Below are positions 8,240 to 15,873 of a DNA stretch of 31,430 nt, in pieces (the stretch's first letter is position 1; every line of letters starts with the position of its first letter). The DNA is taken from assembly GCA_043827405.1 (NCBI GenBank), contig JBDRPD010000101.1, forward strand, positions 1 through 31,430, written 5' to 3'. The notes below the pieces were generated by a model. The model made no database searches and had not been told where the DNA came from. It saw nothing but the letters and a program-made list of their open reading frames with translations. This DNA is from Elusimicrobiota bacterium. GTDB lineage: Bacteria > Elusimicrobiota > Elusimicrobia > UBA1565. Position numbers and translations under genes: made by a program.

Positions 8240-9639
8240 TTATCCTCGGCGGCGGTGAATTCGGGACGCGCCTCGCGGTTAAGGCGCGCGAATTCCTGGC
8301 GCATCTCGGTCTCGTCCTCCTCCTCCTCGTCGCTGTCGCCTTTGACCAGCTGCAGCCGCCGCTTATGGTGCAGGGCGTTGGCCATGCGGCCCGCGAAATT
8401 GAGAAATCCTTCAAAGCCCAGATAGGGCTCATCGACCAGGGCGTGGTGGAAGTAGGACGGGAAGCCGAGCTCCACGATGCAGAACTTCTCTATCGTATGC
8501 CAGCGGAAGATGCGCGAAACGTCGTTGGTCGTGGTGACGACGAGTTCCGTCGGATCGCCCAGGAAGCGGTTGACGTCCGGGTGGTAGATGTCGGGCTCGA
8601 AGAGGATGGTGTCGGCCATGCCGGTCGCCCTTTCGCTGACCGGGCGGTCGCGTGAGGTCAGAAAGCAGTCGCGTACCGTCATCCCCAGGTCCTCACAGGT
8701 TTCCATGAAGCCTTCCATGTGGTAGGGGTCGCCGATAAACGTCGCTTCCTTGTGCAGGAAGATGTAGGGCGCGATCCACTCCAGGCGGCTCAGGATGCGC
8801 CGCCGCTCTTCAGTGATCAGCTTCTTGGCGGCTTTTTCGCGGCCGGTGGCTGCGGCGAGCTGCCGGATCCAGCGCTCGGTGGCCTGCAGGCCGAACGGCA
8901 GGTCGCAGACCACCAGCTGGGCTCCCGTCTTCTTCGCCAGTTCTGCGGCGGCCTCGCGGCCATGGGGAAAGGAGAGTATGGTGCCGGCCGTCTGCACCCC
9001 CCGCGCGAGCTCATCGTACGGTTGGCAGCTGAACCAGGTCGAGACGAGCTTCAGCCCCAGCGCCTCGATCATGCGGCGCAGCTCTTTGAGGTTGCCCCGG
9101 TGGTCCCCTTCGTTGCGGTCCATCATATAGCCGACGATGGCGACGTTCTCCGGCTTGGGATCAATGCCCGGCAGCGGCATATGGCGCACCAAAGTCCGCA
9201 TGGCGATGGCGAAGCCGTCGAGCCAATCACCGACCAGAGAGGTCGGGGGGATCGAGATGGCCTCCTTCTGCATGAAGGTGCCGGCGCCGCGCATTAGGTG
9301 GTCGTAGTCGATCCCCGTCAGCGAGCAGCCGGGCAGGGCGGTCAGGAAGACGGCGCGGGAATTCTCCAGCATTTCGATCGCGTGCACTTTGCGCAGGATC
9401 ACGTCGTTGTGATCCTTGGTGACGCTTTGGGCGCAGATATTGGTGAAGCAGACCCGGTGGTTGCCGTTGATGTCGAGCAGCGTGCTGTTGAGGTCGTGGC
9501 GCCCGTGGATGAAGTGCGATTTGTAGAGCGCGCAGTCCGGGCCGTCGATAAGGATATAGGCGTCCGGTATGCCGTTGATGGCGAGATAGGCTCCCATCAT
9601 TGAGGGATAATTCAGCCGGTGTCCGCGTACCCTGCTCAT
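8236..9639 (-). CDS. Nitrogenase component 1-like oxidoreductase, beta/NifK-like subunit (HGRHD type), copy 2
   Basis: Motifs GAYLAINGIPDAYILIDGPDC, LPGCSLTGIDYD, GNLKELRRMIEALGL, LPFGLQATERW and ELGFPSYFHH...PYLGFEG. ATGA overlap and AAGGAG RBS. Confidence 0.85.
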   Translation of the reverse strand: MSRVRGHRLNYPSMMGAYLAINGIPDAYILIDGPDCALYKSHFIHGRHDLNSTLLDINGNHRVCFTNICAQSVTKDHNDVILRKVHAIEMLENSRAVFLTALPGCSLTGIDYDHLMRGAGTFMQKEAISIPPTSLVGDWLDGFAIAMRTLVRHMPLPGIDPKPENVAIVGYMMDRNEGDHRGNLKELRRMIEALGLKLVSTWFSCQPYDELARGVQTAGTILSFPHGREAAAELAKKTGAQLVVCDLPFGLQATERWIRQLAAATGREKAAKKLITEERRRILSRLEWIAPYIFLHKEATFIGDPYHMEGFMETCEDLGMTVRDCFLTSRDRPVSERATGMADTILFEPDIYHPDVNRFLGDPTELVVTTTNDVSRIFRWHTIEKFCIVELGFPSYFHHALVDEPYLGFEGFLNFAGRMANALHHKRRLQLVKGDSDEEEEDETEMRQEFARLNREARPEFTAAEDK

Positions 9640-12008
9640 GAGGCGGTCTCCTTAAGGCGTTTATAGAACGGCCACCGGCACAGGTTCTCAATGCGTTCAA
9701 TCGAACGCATCGCTCCCGGCACGCCCATCTCAAGCTCCAGGAGCGAGAACTGGGCGATGCCCCGGCGGGTCAGCCGCTTGTCGAAGAAAAATTCGGAATA
9801 GGCGATGTCGTAGCCTTCGGTTTCAAGGATGGCGTCCAGCTCCTCGTGCGTCGTGAACCATTTTACGCCGTGGCGGCCGGCGCCGCCGTCGAGCTGCGGG
9901 GCCTTGCCCGGGTGGTAGATGATATAGTCGACGGCGATCCCCATCTCCTTGATCATCATGGCCAGGGGGACGCCGCAGTGGCCCTTGGGGTCGGCCAAAC
10001 GGGCGACCTTCTCGGGATCGACGATAAAAGCGAGGCGCCGGCCCTTGAGGCGGGCCGCCCGCTGCTTCCACTTCGGCGCGATCTTCTCGACCGCGCTCGA
10101 CCAGGCGCTGTCGGCGGCGCGGGCGCTGCCGCCGGCGGCTTCGGCCACGGCCTTGAGCCAGGAGCGCGTGTTCGCCAGTCCGTACGGGGCGACCGGCATG
10201 ACGGAGTTGAGCTTGAGGTCGGAGAACAGCCGCTTGTAGGTGCCGAGGTAGTGGGTGTCCGGGTTGAATACATGCGTTCCGGCGCGGTTGAAGGAATCCA
10301 TTTCAGCGACGTTGAATCGCGGCAGGATGAAGAGGTTTATGTCGAGGCCGCAGTCGGCGAGCAGGGCGCGGGTTTCGTCGCGGCCTTTGCCGGCCGGATA
10401 ACCGATGATGTTGACGAGCTCCGGCCGCGGCTGGTGCGCCTTGAACTCAGCGGACGCCTTGATGCGGTCGAAGAATATCCTGAGCAGGTCGGTCTCCTGG
10501 CCGCCCGCGGGGTTGGTGTAGATTATCGGAATGTCGAACTTCTTTTCATACTTCTTCAAGATGCTGGCGGCGTCGTCGCCGATGACGGTCGGGATGCAGG
10601 TGCTGGAGACGACGACGGCCACTTTCCCCTTGGCGCTTTTGACCGCCAGATCGAGCGCCTCTTCAAGCTTGCCTTGGCCGCCCGAGACCACGTCGGTGTC
10701 GCGCAGATCGGTGGTCAGGCCCACGCAGCCTTCGCCGGAGTCCTTGACCCGTTCGCGGCGCTGCAGCCACTTGAAGTTGAACCAGGTCATATAGCCGTCG
10801 TCAAAGTGCGGCGTGGCGTAATGGCATTCGATATCTTCGTGCGAAACCCCGATGATCGGGGCCTCGAGGTTCGTTTGCTGGTCGTAGTTGCGGTTGGTTT
10901 CGCGGTCGGCGAAGAAGTTGCGCCACTGTTCCGGATCGCCCCACTGCCGGGCATGCGGCCCCTCGTTCCACAGGTTCTCCTTGGCCGTGGACCAGATGGA
11001 CAGGATGCGCTCGAGCCGGTCGTCGGGCCGGGCGTTCTTCATCCCCGCCGCGGCTCCGTCCGGCAAGCCGCCGCCGCGCGCTTTATTGACCGCCGCGGGA
11101 GTGGATTCATCGGCGATCCTCGGCGCTCGCGGCGCGGGGGGGCGCCGCGCGCCCTGAAAGTCGAGCCGGGACAGTTCGAGGAACTCGTCGTCGCTCAGCG
11201 GCGTCGGACACGGGGCCTCGGCGATGTCCAAATCATAGAGCGTGTCGGCCAGCTTGCGCAGGGCCTTGGAGAAGGGGGCGTCTTGGTCGTGCTTGAGCAC
11301 ACTGACGCGTTGAAATTCCGCTTTGCGCACGGCGGGATCGCGCGGCAGGAAGGCCAGCACCCGGCTGTCGATGAGCTCGCAGAAGCGGCGGACGGTCGAA
11401 TCCTTCTCTCCCTTATCCTTGGTGTTGGCGATGATGCCGCATAGCCCGATGCCGTTGGAGGCGTAGTTCTCGATGGCGCGCGTAATATTGTTGGCGGCGT
11501 AAAGCGCCATGAGCTCTTCCGACGCCACGATGCACACCTTCTCGGCGAAGCCCAGGCGCAGGGGGGCCGCGAAGCCGCCGCATACCACGTCGCCGAGGAC
11601 ATCGAAGAGCATGACGTCATAGCGGCCCTCATCCATGACTCCGCACTGCGCGAGCATCTCGATGGTGCGCGAAATGCCGCGGCCGGCGCAGCCGATGCCG
11701 GGTTCGGGGCCGCCGGATTCGACGCAGTCGACGCCGAAGTCGCCCGGCACGATGAGCTGCTCGCGCCGGGTCTGCATATCCATGAAGCCCGGAAGCTCGA
11801 CCGCCGTCTTGATGGGCTCGCCGCGCGTCAGGGAGATCGTCGAGTCATGTTTGGGATCGCAGCCGACCAGCAGCACCTTCTTGCCCTGCAGGGCGTAGGC
11901 CGCGGCCAGGTTGGAGGTGATGGTGGATTTTCCGATGCCGCCCTTGCCGAAGATGACGATCCTCTGCACGCGTTTTTTCCCGCGGCCGGGTTTCTTTTTC
12001 TTCGTCAT
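9636..12008 (-). CDS. Fusion of a NifH/BchL-like Fe protein and a NifD-like component 1 subunit, copy 2
   Basis: N-terminal half has GKGGIGKST, GCDPKHDST, ESGGPEPGIGCAGRG and DVLGDVVCGGFAAP. A Pro/Ala linker follows. C-terminal half has TDLRDTDVVSGG, STCIPTVIGDD, VNIIG and PYGLANTRSWL. Confidence 0.9.
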   Translation of the reverse strand: MTKKKKPGRGKKRVQRIVIFGKGGIGKSTITSNLAAAYALQGKKVLLVGCDPKHDSTISLTRGEPIKTAVELPGFMDMQTRREQLIVPGDFGVDCVESGGPEPGIGCAGRGISRTIEMLAQCGVMDEGRYDVMLFDVLGDVVCGGFAAPLRLGFAEKVCIVASEELMALYAANNITRAIENYASNGIGLCGIIANTKDKGEKDSTVRRFCELIDSRVLAFLPRDPAVRKAEFQRVSVLKHDQDAPFSKALRKLADTLYDLDIAEAPCPTPLSDDEFLELSRLDFQGARRPPAPRAPRIADESTPAAVNKARGGGLPDGAAAGMKNARPDDRLERILSIWSTAKENLWNEGPHARQWGDPEQWRNFFADRETNRNYDQQTNLEAPIIGVSHEDIECHYATPHFDDGYMTWFNFKWLQRRERVKDSGEGCVGLTTDLRDTDVVSGGQGKLEEALDLAVKSAKGKVAVVVSSTCIPTVIGDDAASILKKYEKKFDIPIIYTNPAGGQETDLLRIFFDRIKASAEFKAHQPRPELVNIIGYPAGKGRDETRALLADCGLDINLFILPRFNVAEMDSFNRAGTHVFNPDTHYLGTYKRLFSDLKLNSVMPVAPYGLANTRSWLKAVAEAAGGSARAADSAWSSAVEKIAPKWKQRAARLKGRRLAFIVDPEKVARLADPKGHCGVPLAMMIKEMGIAVDYIIYHPGKAPQLDGGAGRHGVKWFTTHEELDAILETEGYDIAYSEFFFDKRLTRRGIAQFSLLELEMGVPGAMRSIERIENLCRWPFYKRLKETAS

Positions 12009-12853
12009 TTCTTCCTGCGCCGGGCGCTCTTTTTGAACTGCGTGTACGAGAGCGCGTAAAATTCACGGTCCTCAAGGGGCGTCGGCAGCGGCAGCGCTTT
12101 ATGCTTGAGCCGCAGGGCCGTCGTCGCCAGGCGGGCGAGCGCGCGGGTGACCGGCGCCTTGGGCGCATGTTCGACCACGGTTTCCCGCTTGAACTCGGCT
12201 TCCCGCACCGCCGGGTCGCGCGGGACGTACTGCAGAATCCTGGTGTTGATCAGCTTGGCGAAGCGCTCCAGCGGCCGGCGGTCGACCTCGGCGTCGCGCA
12301 AATTGGCGATGAGGCCGGCCAGGCGGATGCCGTTGGGGCTGTAGTGCCGGACGGCCTTGGCGATATTGTTGGCGGCGTAGATCGACATCAGCTCCTCGGA
12401 GCAGACGATGAAGACTTTTTTGCCGAAGCCGGCGCGCAGCGGGGTCGCGAAGCCGCCGCAGACCACATCTCCCAGGATGTCGTAGACGCAGATGTCGTAG
12501 CCGCCGTTTTCCAGCAGCCGGGTTTCCTTGAAGGTCTCCAGCATCAGCGAGATGCCGCGGCCGGCGCAGCCCACCCCCGGCTCGGGGCCGCCGGCCTCTA
12601 CCAGATCGATTCCGAAGCGGCCGCGCAGGACCAGCTTGCCGCTGTCGGTTATGGATTCGTTGGCGGCGATCTTCTCCATGAACGTCCGCACGTATTCCGT
12701 GCTGCGTGCGGCGATCGCCAAAGTCGAATCGTGCTTGGGGTCGCAGCCGACATGGAGCACCTTTCTGCCCGAGAGACCGTACAGGGCGCTGAGGTTGGCG
12801 CAGATGGTCGATTTGCCGATGCCGCCTTTGCCGAAGAATACCAGGCTTTCCAT
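12005..12853 (-). CDS. Stand-alone NifH-like Fe protein (ATP-dependent reductase)
   Basis: Motifs GKGGIGKST, GCDPKHDST, EAGGPEPGVGCAGRG, DILGDVVCGGFATP and ELMSIYAANNI. Both [4Fe-4S] Cys are present; 282 aa. Confidence 0.92.
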   Translation of the reverse strand: MESLVFFGKGGIGKSTICANLSALYGLSGRKVLHVGCDPKHDSTLAIAARSTEYVRTFMEKIAANESITDSGKLVLRGRFGIDLVEAGGPEPGVGCAGRGISLMLETFKETRLLENGGYDICVYDILGDVVCGGFATPLRAGFGKKVFIVCSEELMSIYAANNIAKAVRHYSPNGIRLAGLIANLRDAEVDRRPLERFAKLINTRILQYVPRDPAVREAEFKRETVVEHAPKAPVTRALARLATTALRLKHKALPLPTPLEDREFYALSYTQFKKSARRRKK

Positions 12854-12854
12854 T

Positions 12855-14156
12855 TCAGCGCGCCTCCTCGAGGGCGCCGGTAGTCCAATGGGAGACGGCC
12901 TTGCGGCCGTTGAGCGCCTGGTTCATGCGGTCGGCGAAGGCGATAAAGCCGTTGCAGCCGAGATAGGGCTCGTCCTTCAGAAAGTGCGTCCAGACGGAGG
13001 GGAAGCCGAACTCCATCCAGGCGCCATCCGGTTTAAGCATGGACAGCGCGTCCGTGTTGCCGATGAATAGGTCGGTGTCGGCGGCCCGGTTCGCCCAGTC
13101 CGCCCGAAGCTCTGAGACATGAGGCTCGTAGTGGACGCCGGCTGCGGCCTGCCCGCCCGCGGGACGCCGGCCGGAGAGATAGGCCGCGGCCAAGCGCATT
13201 CCCAGATCCTCGCAGGCGCCGCGCAGCCCGTCCAGGAGATGCGGGTCGCCCTGGAAGACGATTTTCTTATGCAGGAAAGCGAAAGGGACCGCCCATTCCA
13301 GGCGCGGCGTGATGCGGTCGAGCTCGTTTTCAATGAAGGCTTCGGCCGCGGCTTTGCGGCCTGTCGCGGCCGCGACCTTGCGCAGCCAGCTTTGCGTGCC
13401 GCGGAGCCCGAACGGGAGCTCCGTGTCCACGAGCTTGGCCCGCAGGCGCTTGGCCAGCGTCGCCGCCGCCCGGCGTCCATGCGGCAGGGAAATAATGGTG
13501 CTCGCGCGCCGTACTTCCCGCAGGCGCTCATAAGAGACGCCGGAGGGCCAGATCGCGACCGGATTGAGGTCCAGCGCCGCGCACATGCGCTTGAGCTCGG
13601 CGAGATTCCCGCGCTGATCGCCTTCGCCCCGGTCCATGAAGTGGCCGATGATGGCGACGTCATTCTTGCGCCGGCGTCCGCCGGAGAGGTCCATGCCGGA
13701 GGCCAGTGTCTGCAGGACGGCTTCGTAGCCGTCGAGCCAGTTGCCCGACAGCGAGGTCCCCTTAATGACGAAGCCGGGTTTTTTGCTGCGGGCCGCCCGC
13801 AGCAGCCGGTCGTAGTCGGTGCCGGCGATCGTGCACATCGGCAATGCGGTTACCAGCAGCGCACCGCAGGCGTCGAGCGCGGCGGTCCGGCGGATCACGT
13901 CGCCGATCATCTCGGCGGAATCGGTGGCGATGGTGTTGGCGCTGATCCCGGCGTACTGGAAGCGGTGATAGCCGGTGCAGGAGAGGAGCGTCGAAGTCCA
14001 GTCGTGACGGCCGTGCACCTGCATGGCGCGATAGAACGAACAGCCCGGTCCGTCCAGGACAAGATAGACATCCGGCAGCGCGTTGACCGCCAGTACCACT
14101 CCTACATTGTGCGGGAAAGTCAGCCGGGGGCTGAAGTCCGTCTGTTTTTTAAGCAT
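12855..14156 (-). CDS. Nitrogenase component 1-like oxidoreductase, beta/NifK-like subunit (HGRHD type), copy 1
   Basis: Start set at ATG 14156 (MLKKQTDF, GGAGG RBS). Motifs LDGPGCSFY..HGRHD, LPMCTIAGTDYD, LPFGLRGT and EFGFPS...PYLG. Colinear with 8236-9639. Confidence 0.85.
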   Translation of the reverse strand: MLKKQTDFSPRLTFPHNVGVVLAVNALPDVYLVLDGPGCSFYRAMQVHGRHDWTSTLLSCTGYHRFQYAGISANTIATDSAEMIGDVIRRTAALDACGALLVTALPMCTIAGTDYDRLLRAARSKKPGFVIKGTSLSGNWLDGYEAVLQTLASGMDLSGGRRRKNDVAIIGHFMDRGEGDQRGNLAELKRMCAALDLNPVAIWPSGVSYERLREVRRASTIISLPHGRRAAATLAKRLRAKLVDTELPFGLRGTQSWLRKVAAATGRKAAAEAFIENELDRITPRLEWAVPFAFLHKKIVFQGDPHLLDGLRGACEDLGMRLAAAYLSGRRPAGGQAAAGVHYEPHVSELRADWANRAADTDLFIGNTDALSMLKPDGAWMEFGFPSVWTHFLKDEPYLGCNGFIAFADRMNQALNGRKAVSHWTTGALEEAR

Positions 14157-15873
14157 CGGTCCTCCCGGCGCGGCGCAGATGCTTGCGGTAGCGGGCATAG
14201 AAGGGCAGGCGGCAGATGTCGAGCAGCCGTTCGAGCGAACGGAGCGCTCCGTCCATGCCCGCTTCGAACGTCCGCATGGAGAACTGCGGCTTCCCGGCGC
14301 GGGTGAGCCGGTGATCAAAGAAAATGTCCGAATATGCGGCGCTGAAATCTCCATTCGCCAGCGCTTGTTCGAGCCCCTGCGGTGCGCTGAAGAAGCGCAG
14401 CCGCGGCGGCCGCTGGAAGCCCGGCAGCGCCTTGAGGCGCCGCGCATTCTTCGGCTCGCGCCCCTGCGGCGCGAAGACGAGAAACTCCGCGCCGAAACCC
14501 ATTTCCGCGATCATGCGCAGGACCGGCACACCCGTCTGAAAGCCCGGCGCCAGCAGGAATCCCAGGCTCGCCTCATCAGCGACGAAGGCGAGGCGGTGTC
14601 CGCGCGCGCGCCGCGTCAGCTCGTCCCAGCGCGCTTTGCGCCGGCGCCACTCCCGCCGCGACCAAGCCGCGGCGGCCGGCGCCTTGCCGTAGGGCGCGGT
14701 GACCGCGCGCAGGTAGCGGCGCGTGCCCTCGACGCCGAACGGCGCCGGCGCGTAGATCGTTTCCAGCGGCAGGCGGGTGAGGGTCCGTTGTACGGTCGGG
14801 ATGGCCCGCAGATATTCCGGCAGGACTTGGCAAGCGGCGGCGGGATAGCGGTGCAGCGTCGGCAGATGCACTTCCGGGAAAATGCGCGCATTAACGCGGA
14901 TGCCGGCCGCCGCCAGCAGCGGGGCCAGCTCTTCGCGGAAAAAGCGCGGCGGACAGTCCAGCAGGTTGACGGCCGCGGGGTCGGGCTTGACGCGCCGGAA
15001 GGCGGCCGTGCCGCGCACTTCGCGGAAAATCTCTTCAAACAAGCTGAAGCTCTTCTGCATGCGGAAATTGATCGAGTTCATGACTACGGGGCAGCCGCCC
15101 GCGTCGCGGCACTTCGCGGCCATCGCCTGCTCATCGTCCCCGATGACGGTCGGAGTGCAGGACCAGCTGATCATAATCAGGTCGGGCCGGGTCCGCTCTT
15201 TAAGCTTATGCAGAAACGCGTTCAGCTTGCCGGCGGTGCCGAGGATCACGTCCTTTTCCTGTAGGTCGCTCGTCCACTGCTCATAGACGGTGTCCGGCAG
15301 CGGGGAGTCCTGGGAGTGAGGATGGACCGGGGGGTAGTTCAAAAAGGTCATGCCCCGGAAGGTCACGTCGGGCGGCATGAAGGTGCAGTCGAAGTCGCCG
15401 TGAACGAAGTATAGAACACGCCCGACAAAGCCGGTGGCATGCGCCCAGAAGAACATGCGGCTGAACTCGCGCTCGCAGAAGAAGCGCCGCCATTGACCGG
15501 GGTTGCCGCCGAGGCGGTCGGAGACGCATTGGGCGTCGGGAGCCTCGCCTTCTCCGCCGTCGCCGTTTTTCTTATTTTGCTTGTCCTGCGGCAGGGCCGC
15601 GATGAGCCGCTGCGGATCGCAGCGCTTGAGGCGGCGCGCCATCTGCCGCAGCAGGTCCGTCAGCTCCCGGCCGGCGGTCTTGCCCTCGTAGCAGATGTCG
15701 AAAGCGCCGGCGCGGACGAAGCAGTTCTTCGCCGGCGCCGGCCGGAGGATGACGACGGCGTTCTTGTGGCCGCGGGCCACGGCCAAACGCACCCGGCCGG
15801 CTTCCTGCCGGCTGGCGCTGCGTAGGCGCCAGGCGCCGTCGAGACCGCATAGGTCGGCGAGCGCCCGGCTCAT
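14149..15873 (-). CDS. NifD-like component 1 subunit with an unassigned N-terminal domain of about 110 aa
   Basis: Start set at ATG 15873 (GAGGAG RBS, ATGA overlap). Motifs GNPGQWRRFF, HGDFDC, TSDLQEKDVILG, SCTPTVIGDD and APFGVEGT. Homologous to the C-terminal halves of both fusions. Confidence 0.82.
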   Translation of the reverse strand: MSRALADLCGLDGAWRLRSASRQEAGRVRLAVARGHKNAVVILRPAPAKNCFVRAGAFDICYEGKTAGRELTDLLRQMARRLKRCDPQRLIAALPQDKQNKKNGDGGEGEAPDAQCVSDRLGGNPGQWRRFFCEREFSRMFFWAHATGFVGRVLYFVHGDFDCTFMPPDVTFRGMTFLNYPPVHPHSQDSPLPDTVYEQWTSDLQEKDVILGTAGKLNAFLHKLKERTRPDLIMISWSCTPTVIGDDEQAMAAKCRDAGGCPVVMNSINFRMQKSFSLFEEIFREVRGTAAFRRVKPDPAAVNLLDCPPRFFREELAPLLAAAGIRVNARIFPEVHLPTLHRYPAAACQVLPEYLRAIPTVQRTLTRLPLETIYAPAPFGVEGTRRYLRAVTAPYGKAPAAAAWSRREWRRRKARWDELTRRARGHRLAFVADEASLGFLLAPGFQTGVPVLRMIAEMGFGAEFLVFAPQGREPKNARRLKALPGFQRPPRLRFFSAPQGLEQALANGDFSAAYSDIFFDHRLTRAGKPQFSMRTFEAGMDGALRSLERLLDICRLPFYARYRKHLRRAGRTDA

